Assembly (NCBI RefSeq): GCF_048403405.1
Contig: NZ_CP183129.1
From: Escherichia coli
GTDB taxonomy: Bacteria > Pseudomonadota > Gammaproteobacteria > Enterobacterales > Enterobacteriaceae
Strand: one strand, 5' to 3'
Length of the DNA: 64,000 nt
Both the position numbers and the translations under genes were made by a program. The notes under the pieces are model-generated. The model was given only the letters and a program-made list of their open reading frames with translations. It made no database searches and had not been told where the DNA came from. Within the stretch, counting starts at the first letter, position 1. The number at the start of each line of letters is the position of its first letter. Positions 45,780-55,940 of this stretch are shown one piece after another.

Positions 45780-46310
45780 TTAATCGTCCGGATAAATGGT
45801 AATGACTTCACCGTCGTAAGTTGCTGCCGCCGCGAAAATATCTCCCGGGATCTCCTGAATGATATTCAGCCCTGTCATGTGGCGGCTGACCGGGCGGGCA
45901 TCAGCAATCAACCGCTCCATTTCCAGATACATTTCCTCCGTCACGCCACTGTCCAGCGTGCCGACTTCAACGGTAAATGTTCCCGGTTCTCCGCCGAACT
46001 CCCACCACTCAGACACGCGAATGAGGTATCCCAGCGGCTCAATGGCCCGGCGCAGTGCGCTGATGGTCCCTTTGTGTCGGTGTATCAGCCATGCATCACG
46101 AATCACCTGTCGCTTTGTCTCTTCCGGCCAGTTGCGATCCCAGCGGTCAACGGAAAATGCCCAGGCGAGATAAGGCAGCAAATGCACCGGGCAGGTGTCC
46201 GGTGACCACAGCGTGTTGAGGTCTACCGGGATGTCTGTAATGCGCGCTCCGACAGCTTCGGCGCAACGCATGAAACGGCTGGCTGATGGCGGTAACAGTG
46301 AATTACTCAT
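45780..46310 (-). CDS. I: Baseplate/tail protein I
   Basis: Start at 46310 gives 176 aa, P2 gpI size; overlaps the J stop. Confidence 0.75.
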   Translation of the reverse strand: MSNSLLPPSASRFMRCAEAVGARITDIPVDLNTLWSPDTCPVHLLPYLAWAFSVDRWDRNWPEETKRQVIRDAWLIHRHKGTISALRRAIEPLGYLIRVSEWWEFGGEPGTFTVEVGTLDSGVTEEMYLEMERLIADARPVSRHMTGLNIIQEIPGDIFAAAATYDGEVITIYPDD

Positions 46311-47199
46311 TGCGCCCACCTTCGCTGATGGTGAATGACTCACAGCGCGCCGCCTGTATGTCGCTGATGGCCAGATTCTGTGTGGGTTCGATTATCTCCA
46401 CGCGTTGCACACCGTGCACATGCAGTGCGGCAGCAATGGCGGACAACGCCACGTCCTGACCGATAAGCCCCTGCTCAGCCAGCCACTTCCTGAACGACGA
46501 TTCAGCCGCCGCCAGAATAGGTTCGGATTCCGGACCGGGGTAAAAGTACAGTTTTGCATTCAGCCGCCATGTCACGATTCTGGCGCTCTGTACGGTCAGG
46601 CGGTCGGCCACCGGGCGGGTATCCTCTGCATTCAGAACGGCGCGAACGGTATTAAGCAACGCCTCCGTTGCTGTGCCGTCGCCTTCAGTGGACAGGATGG
46701 AAACCGTCACATTTGCCGGAGACGGACTGATAGCCCGCGCATCACGCACCAGACCGCTGGCGCTGCGGGCAAAATACTCGTATGCACCTGACGGGCCAGC
46801 AACACTCAGGCCGTCGTACGCCCGCTGCGCCCGCAGTCTCAGCGAGGTGTCGCTCTCCATCACCGCGTCGGTGGTATCCGTTGCCGGAGTGATAACCAGG
46901 CGCTTTGTGTTCATATTGCCCGCGAGGTTGTCCAGGTCTGTCCCGGCGCTGTGGCTTAACATGCAGGCGCGTGCCCCCTCGTTAACCCGCTGGCGTAACA
47001 GCATTTCACGAAACGACATGGTTTGAGCGATAACGTTCAGGGGTTCCGATTCCAGCTCCAGCGCGGCGGAAACGGCTTCACGCTGTTCGGCGGGATAGGA
47101 CGCAATCATCATGGCTTTTGTGTCAGCCAGAATTGCTTCAAAGTCAGGCTCCGCGATGATGGCGGGTTCCGGTAACTGGGAAAGGTCAACGGCGGGCAT
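46303..47199 (-). CDS. J: Baseplate assembly protein J
   Basis: 298-aa product in P2 J position and size. Confidence 0.8.
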   Translation of the reverse strand: MPAVDLSQLPEPAIIAEPDFEAILADTKAMMIASYPAEQREAVSAALELESEPLNVIAQTMSFREMLLRQRVNEGARACMLSHSAGTDLDNLAGNMNTKRLVITPATDTTDAVMESDTSLRLRAQRAYDGLSVAGPSGAYEYFARSASGLVRDARAISPSPANVTVSILSTEGDGTATEALLNTVRAVLNAEDTRPVADRLTVQSARIVTWRLNAKLYFYPGPESEPILAAAESSFRKWLAEQGLIGQDVALSAIAAALHVHGVQRVEIIEPTQNLAISDIQAARCESFTISEGGRNE

Positions 47200-47202
47200 G
47201 AT

Positions 47203-47553
47203 TTACTCCCTCAGCGTGATGGTTAACTCAATATTCTGCATGGTCTGCATGACAGTGCCCGACAGCGTCACCCCGGCGCGGCCTCCCGCTTTCCAGACAA
47301 CGTCGATGGCATCCAGGGCAATGCGGGGTTCCCATCGTGTCAGCGCAATCACGGCAGCACTCATGCATTGCAGACGCGTGGTGTTATTCATGGGTTCGTC
47401 AATCAAATCAGGCACAAGGCTGCCATATTCCCGTCGCATAACCCGGCTGGCCAGCGGGGTGGTCAGGATGTCCCTGACTGACTGTTTCAGGTGCTCCATA
47501 TCGTTCAGGTTTCCCGTTCCGTCCGGGTTCATTCCTGTGTAGCGGGTTGTCAC
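47203..47553 (-). CDS. W: Baseplate wedge protein W (gp25-like)
   Basis: 116-aa product in P2 W position and size. Confidence 0.8.
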   Translation of the reverse strand: MTTRYTGMNPDGTGNLNDMEHLKQSVRDILTTPLASRVMRREYGSLVPDLIDEPMNNTTRLQCMSAAVIALTRWEPRIALDAIDVVWKAGGRAGVTLSGTVMQTMQNIELTITLRE

Positions 47554-48131
47554 TGCGGGCCTCCTGTCGAATCGCTGCCACCTTTAACGCCACCGTGCTT
47601 ATGCGTATGCACTGTGATGCCGTTTGAGGTGAAGTTGCCGCCGCTGTGCGTGATATTGCCGCTCATCTTTCCCCCTTTTGTGACGTCAAGCGTCGCTGTT
47701 CTCAGAAGGTTTGTGCATTCCACGACGGGCGTATCCAGTGTCACGCTGACGGATGCCTGCAGGGTGGCTGTTTTCATGCCGCTGGCGCTCAGTGCGCCTG
47801 CGTCTGCGTCGTAGCGGAACACCGCGCCATCCGGCGCGCTGACCACGATTTCTTTCAGGCTTTTGCCGGGGGCCGGACTGGCATCACTCCACAGGCTGCC
47901 AATTATCATGGCGGTTTCCGGGTTGCCGCCAATGCAGGCAATTACCACCTGTTCGCCTGGTGATGGCGGCAGCCACACATTGAAGGCTCCCGCGCGCGTG
48001 GTGTTCCAGCGCAACCAGCCTGTTTCCAGTTCGCCGCTGCGAACGCGCACGCGCCAGGACTTCTCATCAACTTCAGAGATGATCCCGGTGCGGATGATAT
48101 TACTCAGCAGTCGCATGAGTTCTGCGCTCAC
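47550..48131 (-). CDS. V: Baseplate spike/assembly protein V
   Basis: 193-aa product in P2 V position. Confidence 0.8.
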   Translation of the reverse strand: MSAELMRLLSNIIRTGIISEVDEKSWRVRVRSGELETGWLRWNTTRAGAFNVWLPPSPGEQVVIACIGGNPETAMIIGSLWSDASPAPGKSLKEIVVSAPDGAVFRYDADAGALSASGMKTATLQASVSVTLDTPVVECTNLLRTATLDVTKGGKMSGNITHSGGNFTSNGITVHTHKHGGVKGGSDSTGGPQ

Positions 48132-48772
48132 CGTACAGCCTCCGCAATCCGGCCCAGCACCGTGTTATAAATCAGGCGCTCATCTGCCTGGCTGATACCC
48201 AGCAGCTCACGTACCGGGTAATCGGTGAAAATGCCCGGCGCAACCTGATCGCGCTCACCGAACTGATGAACGCGGGCAATACGTGCGGCCACGCCGCTGT
48301 AACCCACCGTCACACCGGAAGCATCTGCACGGGCTTTCAGGTAGCGGGCGGTGCGCAGTTTTACGAACATGGGGACGCGCTTTGTGCTGTCCTGGTTGAT
48401 GCGCCGGGTGCGTATTTCCAGAAAACGGTCGATGTCATCCCGGTAAAACGTGCGGATATTGTTTTTATCCTCATCCCACCCGGTAATGGTTCGCCCGTAT
48501 TTCCCCGTGTCGTGATGCCAGTTTTTCAGCGTGCGTGCTTCGTTATTCCAGATAAAGCGAATGCGTTCCTGTATCCGGGTTACGCGGCGTCTGCGTGGTG
48601 TCCACGCGGTCCCGTCCGGCGCTTTCTGTGACCGGATACGCGCCTGCTGGGCGCGGCGTAAATCCTGTGCCAGCTTTCTGGCGATGTTATTGATGGCCTG
48701 CTGATTCAGGCTGTCGCGGATGGCCTCAAAGGTTTCATCCACGCGTGTGAATGCCTTATCCATCGCTTTCAC
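48128..48772 (-). CDS. S: Virion morphogenesis/tail completion protein S
   Basis: 214-aa product in P2 S position. Confidence 0.7.
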   Translation of the reverse strand: MKAMDKAFTRVDETFEAIRDSLNQQAINNIARKLAQDLRRAQQARIRSQKAPDGTAWTPRRRRVTRIQERIRFIWNNEARTLKNWHHDTGKYGRTITGWDEDKNNIRTFYRDDIDRFLEIRTRRINQDSTKRVPMFVKLRTARYLKARADASGVTVGYSGVAARIARVHQFGERDQVAPGIFTDYPVRELLGISQADERLIYNTVLGRIAEAVR

Positions 48773-49223
48773 CCCACGTCACATCCTGGAATACATGCGA
48801 CCAGTCGCCTTCGGAAGATGGCAGGCGGGGTTTTGGCTCCGGCAGGTGTTCTGCCTGCGGTGTGCCCTGACTGCTGCGCGTGATGCGAACGCGTTCCCGC
48901 AGGGGGAGCGTAAACAGGAGATCGGCGCTGTCATCGTCATTGATAACGGCGGAGAATTTGATGTCCTGATTACGCTCCGGATTGAGCAACAACTGTGGCT
49001 GATTTTCGGATAACCACGCCAGCAGCGGCAGCGTGAGGTCGTCCAGCTCCCCGGCGTAATCCATGACAAACATCACCATCTGATAGCGGTAAACAAACGA
49101 GGGCGTTTCTCCGGTCGTTTCAATGTTGCCGCTCTCCACGAAAATGGTGAATTTTTCCGGGTTGGCCTGACACCATCGGCATGAACGGGTCATGGCTTCA
49201 CGCAGGGAATCAGTTTTCAGCAT
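48756..49223 (-). CDS. R: Tail completion protein R
   Basis: 155-aa product, P2 gpR size. Confidence 0.75.
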   Translation of the reverse strand: MLKTDSLREAMTRSCRWCQANPEKFTIFVESGNIETTGETPSFVYRYQMVMFVMDYAGELDDLTLPLLAWLSENQPQLLLNPERNQDIKFSAVINDDDSADLLFTLPLRERVRITRSSQGTPQAEHLPEPKPRLPSSEGDWSHVFQDVTWGESDG

Positions 49224-49500
49224 GGTTGTTGTCCTCGTTGTTCAGTCGTTGCAGCCTGCGCTGTTCCAGTAATTCAATGGCCCGTTTATCCGCGTTACAG
49301 GTTTCCAGTGCATCCAGAAGGCGGTCGCCCCATATACCGAGATTTCCCCATGTGGGAGTATCAGGGAAGGGGGGAGGCGTTACCGGTATGGTCAGCGTCT
49401 GCGGTATAAGCCGGACTGACGGCGCTGGCAGTGGCGCGTTCTGCGTGCCTGCGCAGCCTGTCAGTAAAACGAGCGTCAGGCAAAGCGTGGGCGCATTCAT
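49210..49500 (-). CDS. lysC: Outer-membrane lipoprotein o-spanin (LysC/Rz1-like)
   Basis: 96-aa product with lipobox LTGCAG and Pro-rich body, overlapping the 3' part of the i-spanin gene in another frame. Confidence 0.7.
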   Translation of the reverse strand: MNAPTLCLTLVLLTGCAGTQNAPLPAPSVRLIPQTLTIPVTPPPFPDTPTWGNLGIWGDRLLDALETCNADKRAIELLEQRRLQRLNNEDNNHAEN

Positions 49501-49768
49501 CTTTTGCAATATCGTTGCGTAGCTGTTCACGTCTTGCCTCTCCGTCCTGATTGCGTTGCTGATTTTCCACGCGGAGTTGCGCCAGCACCTGCTGCATATC
49601 CTGTACCCCGGCGCTGATGATATTCAGGGTGTCGGCGGTACGTTTCAGGGTGCTGGCCTGCGCTTCGTTTCTGGCGTTCTCCCGGCCCAGCGACCATGAC
49701 AGACGCATGGATGTTCCCCATGCGGCAATCAGAAGGAAAGCGACACCCAGCGTGGGCCAGAGCTTCAT
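49361..49768 (-). CDS. lysB: Inner-membrane i-spanin (LysB/Rz-like)
   Basis: Start at 49768 gives 135 aa with an N-terminal TM helix (MKLWPTLGVAFLLIAAWG) and coiled-coil body. Confidence 0.7.
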   Translation of the reverse strand: MKLWPTLGVAFLLIAAWGTSMRLSWSLGRENARNEAQASTLKRTADTLNIISAGVQDMQQVLAQLRVENQQRNQDGEARREQLRNDIAKDECAHALPDARFTDRLRRHAERATASAVSPAYTADADHTGNASPLP

Positions 49769-50157
49769 GCGGGATAGGCTCCGTGTGGTAACTGAAAATG
49801 CGGTCCGTCTTTCAGGGTCTTCCAGTCGCCGCCCCATTCCACCGGAATATTCAGCTCCCGGCTGGCCTGTCTGAATGCTGCTGCGATTTTTTCGTACAGC
49901 GGCCATTCCCATGACACCTGGCTGCCGATATAAGCCACAACATCCACGGCATGTCCCGTAAGGTGGCGGCTGTTCATGGTCTGGCTCTTACCTGTGGCCA
50001 CAAGTTGCTTCTGGCGGTAACGGCTGCGCAACCCTTCGGTGATACCAAAATCCACTTCCGAAATTTCCAGTGCCCGTCGGGTCACTTTCACCAGATCAGG
50101 ATTTACACCCTGCAAATTCTTTTCGCTCCGGCTGCTGAATTTAAATGTGTTGCTCAT
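49765..50157 (-). CDS. Endolysin, peptidase-M15-type (L-Ala-D-Glu peptidase-like)
   Basis: 130-aa product with zinc-peptidase motifs SRHLTGHAVDV and DGPHFQL, located between holin and spanins. Confidence 0.7.
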   Translation of the reverse strand: MSNTFKFSSRSEKNLQGVNPDLVKVTRRALEISEVDFGITEGLRSRYRQKQLVATGKSQTMNSRHLTGHAVDVVAYIGSQVSWEWPLYEKIAAAFRQASRELNIPVEWGGDWKTLKDGPHFQLPHGAYPA

Positions 50158-50477
50158 TCGTCCTTCTCCTTCACCCTGCGATTAAAGGCCGCAATAACCT
50201 TGTCGCGTGCTTTCTCTGCGCCCATAAAACCGATTGATGCGCCGATAAACGTCACGGCATCTTCAGGAAACCCGAAGAAGCGCAACGACCCGGCCACGGC
50301 CATGGCAAGAACGCCGCACGCCAGCGATCCCGTTACGGTCTGAACCAGTGTTCGTCCGTCATAAAGACTCATCAGCGCGGAAATGCTGACCGCCGCGCCT
50401 ACTGCATACACCGTTGGCAGGTGGTCAAAGAGCCACGCAATAACCTGCTCTGTGATCCCTGTTTGAATGGTGCTCAC
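50154..50477 (-). CDS. Holin
   Basis: GTG at 50477 after GGGGGAG gives about 107 aa with two hydrophobic helices and a charged C-terminus; the track ORF is longer upstream. Confidence 0.6.
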   Translation of the reverse strand: MSTIQTGITEQVIAWLFDHLPTVYAVGAAVSISALMSLYDGRTLVQTVTGSLACGVLAMAVAGSLRFFGFPEDAVTFIGASIGFMGAEKARDKVIAAFNRRVKEKDE

Positions 50478-50479
50478 TG

Positions 50480-50686
50480 CTACTCCCCCCACAACTGAAT
50501 CATTTCTCGTTTCTTCTTCTCCGGCTCCGGCATCTCCACGTCCTGCCCGGCGTCCAGAAATACCTGCTGACAGAGTCCGGGGTTGGCATCCAGCACCTTT
50601 TCGGTGGCGCCCTGCGTCGTGCCGTAGTACCGGAAACAGAGCGAATCCACGGTGTCGCCTTCCAGTGCCTTCACTTTCATCAGCAC
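50480..50686 (-). CDS. X: Tail protein X
   Basis: 68-aa product in P2 X position and size. Confidence 0.7.
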   Translation of the reverse strand: MLMKVKALEGDTVDSLCFRYYGTTQGATEKVLDANPGLCQQVFLDAGQDVEMPEPEKKKREMIQLWGE

Positions 50687-51183
50687 AGCTCCGCAAAAAT
50701 TCGCGGGCGGCGCAGAATGTCAGAGATGGCCCAGCTCACATCGCGCCACAAATCCGATGTCTGTATATCCAGTGCGTCCGCCCGGCGGTCGCCCTTATCC
50801 GTTGTGTCCGCATCGCGGTAACGCTCCAGAATCAGGGCGCGCGTGGCGGTATAAACCGCATTGCGCCAGTGCCAGAGATTGACGCTTTCTCCGTTAATTA
50901 CGGGTGCCGGAACATCGGCCAGCGTCTGATGGCCAGCCGCCTGCTGTTCCTGCTGCCATGCTTCCAGCTCGCGGGTAACGTGAGCCACCGCCCCGGTGGC
51001 GGTATGCAGCAGGCGGGAGGTGGTCACGCGCCCCGGCAGTCGTACCGCCAGACGCAGCTCACGCAGCACAATATCCGGCCAGAATGCACCCGCTGAAATA
51101 CGGGTATCACCATCATCGGTATCGGTGATGTCGTCCTCTGCGGGGCCGGGGTTGGTTCTGGCAACCATACTCATGGGGTTCAC
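50680..51183 (-). CDS. L: Head completion/stabilisation protein L
   Basis: 167-aa product, P2 gpL size. Confidence 0.75.
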   Translation of the reverse strand: MNPMSMVARTNPGPAEDDITDTDDGDTRISAGAFWPDIVLRELRLAVRLPGRVTTSRLLHTATGAVAHVTRELEAWQQEQQAAGHQTLADVPAPVINGESVNLWHWRNAVYTATRALILERYRDADTTDKGDRRADALDIQTSDLWRDVSWAISDILRRPRIFAELC

Positions 51184-51275
51184 TCCTGAAAAAATCGGGC
51201 GGTGGGTGCGCGGTGTAAACGGTCACGGAGTCAAACCGGAACACCGCGCACGCCGCCCGCTGACGGGGTCAGTCG

Positions 51276-52076
51276 TTAACCGCGCTTCGCCTTCTGCGTC
51301 GCGGTGGTTTTTCGTGTTGCAGGCTTCCGCGTTGTCTTTTTACTTTTGCTGCTTTCGTCCTGCGCCTGCGGTGCGCTGGCGTCTTCTGGTTCGGCTGCGG
51401 AATCGGCTTTTTTCAGGGCGCGGGAAAGGGTTGCAATCTCGCGTTTCACACCTGCGTTCGGGTTCAGGTGCATCGCTTCGCGCAGCAGCTTCAGTGATAA
51501 GGCCATGTTGTCTGCATCGGTCAGACCACGACGGGCAAAGGCGCACGCCTTGCATAATTTGGCGCGCACTTCGTCCGGCATATCCTGGTTGGCGACAATT
51601 TCCCAAAGTGTGTCCAGTGGTTCGATAAAGGCGGACAAATCCGCGTCGGCATCCGTCCCGGCCTGCGTCAGTACCGGGTTGCAGATTTCTTCGGTCAGTA
51701 CCGTGGCAGCAGTACGGCCAAAGTTATCCGGCATGATGAGGTTGTGACGGACCACATACGCACCAATACGCAGCGCAAGCGGAAGATCGCCGCAGTCAAT
51801 TGCCCACACCATCAGCGTGGCAATCACTTCATCCTGCTGCCCGCCGTCAGCCTCCAGCGTTCCCTCAATCCAGCCGGAAAAATCCGGCAACAACTCTTTT
51901 TTGATGGCGGCTTTCGCGCTTCTGGCCTGTACGCCCTTAAGCCGGGCCTGTGCCAGACGCAGACGATACAGCACCTCTTCATGCGCGGTACGCGCGGCGT
52001 GGTCCACGCCTTCATTCGCCCGGCCTGCGCGCTGTGCCATCACGTTCTGCCAGTGTTGCTGTGCAGGAGTAATCAT
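51276..52076 (-). CDS. M: Terminase endonuclease (small) subunit M
   Basis: 266-aa product with a Lys/Thr-rich C-terminus, in P2 M position. Confidence 0.75.
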   Translation of the reverse strand: MITPAQQHWQNVMAQRAGRANEGVDHAARTAHEEVLYRLRLAQARLKGVQARSAKAAIKKELLPDFSGWIEGTLEADGGQQDEVIATLMVWAIDCGDLPLALRIGAYVVRHNLIMPDNFGRTAATVLTEEICNPVLTQAGTDADADLSAFIEPLDTLWEIVANQDMPDEVRAKLCKACAFARRGLTDADNMALSLKLLREAMHLNPNAGVKREIATLSRALKKADSAAEPEDASAPQAQDESSKSKKTTRKPATRKTTATQKAKRG

Positions 52077-52121
52077 TTGTTCTCTCCGTTACTGGCGGGC
52101 ATGATGCCCGCCGTGAGTTGA

Positions 52122-53174
52122 TTAGCTGTCGGCGAACTTCAGGCCAGTGACCATCGCGCACTTGCCATAGTCTTCAACGACATAAGCGTCATTGATGGAC
52201 TGGTAGGTGGCGATGCGGTTGTATTCCGGCTCGTCTTTCATCAGACGACGCATTGAACCTTTCTGCCAGTAAATCGACAGGTTGTTGAACGAGGTGATCA
52301 GCATCGTTGCATCCGGGAAGAACGGCGCAAGGAACACACCCAGCCCGCCAATGGTGCGCGATGACAGGATGAGCTGCCCGGCGAGTAATTCCGCATTGGG
52401 ATTCTGGCCGCTGATGCTGTTCAGCACGGGCAGACGCAGCGAGTTAAACAGGTTGCGCCCCATAATCACCACGAGGTCGTCAGCTTCCTTGTGCCATTCA
52501 TCCAGCAGGGATGAGCGTGCGTCCTGAACCAGTGCATCAGCATTCGCATACTTACCCGCGTGCGCCACGGTGTTGTCCATGTTGCGGGAGGTCAGCGTCA
52601 CGTCATTCATTACGCGCGCGCTGGCATTGGTTCTGATGTGCTTCAGCCACCCCACGTTAACGTCCTGAAGCAGCTTGTTGGTGCTGAAGTTGGACTCATC
52701 CGCGTGAGACGTGCCGTTGAAACCGATCATGATGCGGTCAAGCGCCACCTGCCGGGCAATCTGTGTGCTGACGCGTGACTGAAAATCAGGGTGTGCCGCC
52801 CAGGCATCAAGCTGCGGATACGAAATAAACGTGTCGTAGTTCACCTGTTCGCACTGATATTTGCGGTTTTTCAGATCAACCACGTTATTCGGGTTACGGC
52901 GTTTTGTGCCGTCATAACTGGTATTCGTGCGCGCAATCGGCCCGGTGGTGTCCAGGAGGATTTTTTCGCCTTTCTGGTCGGTCACACCGAACACGTTAAT
53001 TTTTTTTGTAAATTCAGTGCTCTCCTTTACTGCGTTTTCAAAACGCTGCTGCACCGAGGGTTCCACGGTAAATCGCGATACCAGTGCAGATACCGGGATG
53101 TTGTTAAGCGACGCCTGCTGCGCCATATAGCAACCCAGCTTGTTGCGGGTAATATCTGACATCACCAGATTCAT
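52122..53174 (-). CDS. N: Major capsid protein N
   Basis: 350-aa product with AAGGAG 10 nt upstream of the ATG at 53174. Confidence 0.85.
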   Translation of the reverse strand: MNLVMSDITRNKLGCYMAQQASLNNIPVSALVSRFTVEPSVQQRFENAVKESTEFTKKINVFGVTDQKGEKILLDTTGPIARTNTSYDGTKRRNPNNVVDLKNRKYQCEQVNYDTFISYPQLDAWAAHPDFQSRVSTQIARQVALDRIMIGFNGTSHADESNFSTNKLLQDVNVGWLKHIRTNASARVMNDVTLTSRNMDNTVAHAGKYANADALVQDARSSLLDEWHKEADDLVVIMGRNLFNSLRLPVLNSISGQNPNAELLAGQLILSSRTIGGLGVFLAPFFPDATMLITSFNNLSIYWQKGSMRRLMKDEPEYNRIATYQSINDAYVVEDYGKCAMVTGLKFADS

Positions 53175-53197
53175 AAAAAATTTGCTCCTTTGTCTTA

Positions 53198-54034
53198 TCA
53201 GAAGTCAGCCAGTTGATCGGAGGCTGCGCCTGTTGCGGTGAACCGGTTCTGCGGATCGCCGTCCTGCGTGCGCAGTTTTTCCTTCAGTGCTGTCAGCTCT
53301 GTGGTCAGTAAAGTGATTTTCTGGCTGTCCTGCTGATGGCGGGTTTCCAGCGCATTAAAACGGTCGATAATGTCGGCCTGTGACGTTGCGACACCTTCCA
53401 CCGCTTCCTGAATACGGGAGAAACTGGCGTCATCCGCTTTGCGGCCACGGCCAATAATCCCCATAACGCGGTTAAACCACTGGGTGCCTTCTTCCTGACG
53501 TTGTTCGGTGAGTTCGATAAGTTCTGACTCCATAGCGGCGGTAAACATCGCCACGTCTCCCTGCTGACAGTTGAATGTCATCAGTTGCATACGTTGTTGT
53601 GCCGCAAAGGCCAGACGTTCCGTGCCCAGGCTGGCGGGGGTGTCGGTCATTGCCAGCCCGCGCAGGTAAGGGCCTCCCGTGATGGTTGACTGTGGTTCCA
53701 GCTCAATACTGGAGTAAATTTTTTTACCATCGTTAAGCAGGGACATCATGCGAGCGGTCGGCTCAATTTCGGCATACAGTGCCGTGCGACCTGCCAGCGG
53801 GCCATCGGTTATGTCTTCGGTGCTCAACCCCACAACATCGCCCATAGCGGAAAACTCGCTACCGGGGAGTGGTGACAGGATGTGCTCAATATTCACACGT
53901 GCACCATAAACGGACGGGTTATAACTGGTGGCGGCAGCTTTCAGCATGTCGCCGTTGATTTCGCGCCCGTCTGCCGTTACACCGGAGACAGCCACGCGAA
54001 ACTTTTTGCGGGATGTCTTTTTTTCATTAGCCAT
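53198..54034 (-). CDS. O: Capsid scaffolding protein O
   Basis: ATG at 54034 (MANEKKTS...) preceded by AGAGGGG; the track start at 54067 has no RBS. Confidence 0.8.
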   Translation of the reverse strand: MANEKKTSRKKFRVAVSGVTADGREINGDMLKAAATSYNPSVYGARVNIEHILSPLPGSEFSAMGDVVGLSTEDITDGPLAGRTALYAEIEPTARMMSLLNDGKKIYSSIELEPQSTITGGPYLRGLAMTDTPASLGTERLAFAAQQRMQLMTFNCQQGDVAMFTAAMESELIELTEQRQEEGTQWFNRVMGIIGRGRKADDASFSRIQEAVEGVATSQADIIDRFNALETRHQQDSQKITLLTTELTALKEKLRTQDGDPQNRFTATGAASDQLADF

Positions 54035-54188
54035 AGTTTTTGCCCCTCTGACTGGTTCTTCAGTCATGATGGCAAAGCGTAACAGGCTGATACAAAGGGC
54101 TTTTGTTGTAAGAAAACAGTCAGAACAGGGGGTTAAGGAGAACGGTTTCGCGCGCGGGTAATCTTCCTGTAATTACTCAGGGGGAGCA

Positions 54189-55940
54189 ATGATTCAGGAC
54201 GCTTTTGTGCGCCAGCGTGCGCGACAACTTTACTGGCAGGGTTATCCGCCCGCAGAAATATCACGTCTGATGGGAATAAACCCGAACACGATTTATGCGT
54301 GGAAAAAACGCGACCAGTGGGATGAAACGCCACCCGTGCAGCGTGTCACGCAGTCCATCGATGCGCGCCTCATCCAGCTTACTGAAAAACAGAATAAAAC
54401 AGGCGGTGACTTTAAGGAAATAGACCTGCTGACCCGGCAACTTAAAAAGCTGCATGATGGCCAGCCGGATGTGATGGCCGCAGGAAAGAAAGGCCGGGCG
54501 AAAAAACTCAAAAATCATTTCACGCCGGAACAGATTGCCGCACTGCGGGAAAAAATCATCAGCAGGCTGGAGTGGCATCAGCGGGGCTGGTTTGACTCCC
54601 TGACCCTTTGCAGGGAAGCCGGGATACGTAACAGGATGATCCTGAAATCCCGACAGATTGGGGCGACCTGGTATTTTGCACAGGAAGCACTGCTGATGGC
54701 GCTGCGTGACGATGTGGTGCAACCTTATCAGCGTAACCAGATTTTTTTGTCTGCGTCGCGTCGTCAGGCGTTCCAGTTTAAAAGCATTATTCAGAAGGCC
54801 GCGGCTGAAGTTGATGTGGAGCTGAAAGGGGGCGATAAAATCATCCTCTCCAACGGCGCAGAGCTGCATTTTCTCGGCACTTCTGCTGCGTCGGCACAGT
54901 CCTATACGGGCAATTTTTATTTTGATGAATTCTTCTGGGTCAGTCGCTTTGCTGAACTGCGCAAGGTGGCTGGCGCTATGGCAACCCTCAGCGGACTGCG
55001 GCGCACCTACTTCTCCACGCCATCCACCGAAACGCACGAGGCATACGCCTACTGGAACGGCGACCGCTGGAACGAGAAAAAGGCCACGCATAAACGCCAG
55101 CGTTTTTCTGTGGACTGGAAAACGCTGCATAACGGGCTTATCTGCCCTGACCGGACGTGGCGGCAAATTGTCACGCTGGAAGATGTGGTTAATCACGGCT
55201 GGAAACACACCGATATTGATGAAATTCGTGATGAAAACACCGAAGACGAGTTCCTCAATCTCTATATGTGTGAGTTTGTCCGCGAAGGGGAATCGGCATT
55301 TAACCTGAATATCCTGATTGGCTGCGGTGTTGACGGATACGACGACTGGAAAGACTGGAAACCTTTTGCTCCCCGCCCGATGGGGAATCGCCCGGTATGG
55401 ATTGGGTATGACGCAAACGGCAGCAGTGGCAACGGCGACAGCGGCGCTGTGTCCGTGGTGGTTCCTCCGGCTGTTCCTGGTGGCCGTTTTCGAACGGTGG
55501 AGACGCGACGCGTTCAGGGGCTGGAGTTTGAAGAACAGGCCAGAGTCATTGAAGAGTTCACGTGTCGCTACAACGTGGAACACATCGGCATTGATGTGAC
55601 GGGCGGGAACGGGGAGGCTGTTTATCAGATAGTGAAACGGTTTTTCCCTGCCGCTATTCCGTACACCTTCACGCTGTCATCAAAACGGTCGCTGGTACTG
55701 AAAATGCTGCAAATAATGCGTGCCGGGCGGTGGGAATACGATCGCGCCGAACGCGAGCTGGTCGCGGCCTTTAACGCCGTGCGTAAGGTGAAAACACCGG
55801 GCGGCTTTATCACTTACGAAACGGACCGCGCGAGGGGGATCAGCCACGGCGACCTTGCGTGGGCAACCATGCTTGCTGTCATTAACGAACCAATTGGCGG
55901 CGAAGGAGAAAACGAGCGTTTCACGGTTATGGAGTTCTGA
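54189..55940 (+). CDS. P: Terminase large (ATPase) subunit P
   Basis: 583-aa product, divergent from O as in P2. Confidence 0.85.
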   Translation: MIQDAFVRQRARQLYWQGYPPAEISRLMGINPNTIYAWKKRDQWDETPPVQRVTQSIDARLIQLTEKQNKTGGDFKEIDLLTRQLKKLHDGQPDVMAAGKKGRAKKLKNHFTPEQIAALREKIISRLEWHQRGWFDSLTLCREAGIRNRMILKSRQIGATWYFAQEALLMALRDDVVQPYQRNQIFLSASRRQAFQFKSIIQKAAAEVDVELKGGDKIILSNGAELHFLGTSAASAQSYTGNFYFDEFFWVSRFAELRKVAGAMATLSGLRRTYFSTPSTETHEAYAYWNGDRWNEKKATHKRQRFSVDWKTLHNGLICPDRTWRQIVTLEDVVNHGWKHTDIDEIRDENTEDEFLNLYMCEFVREGESAFNLNILIGCGVDGYDDWKDWKPFAPRPMGNRPVWIGYDANGSSGNGDSGAVSVVVPPAVPGGRFRTVETRRVQGLEFEEQARVIEEFTCRYNVEHIGIDVTGGNGEAVYQIVKRFFPAAIPYTFTLSSKRSLVLKMLQIMRAGRWEYDRAERELVAAFNAVRKVKTPGGFITYETDRARGISHGDLAWATMLAVINEPIGGEGENERFTVMEF

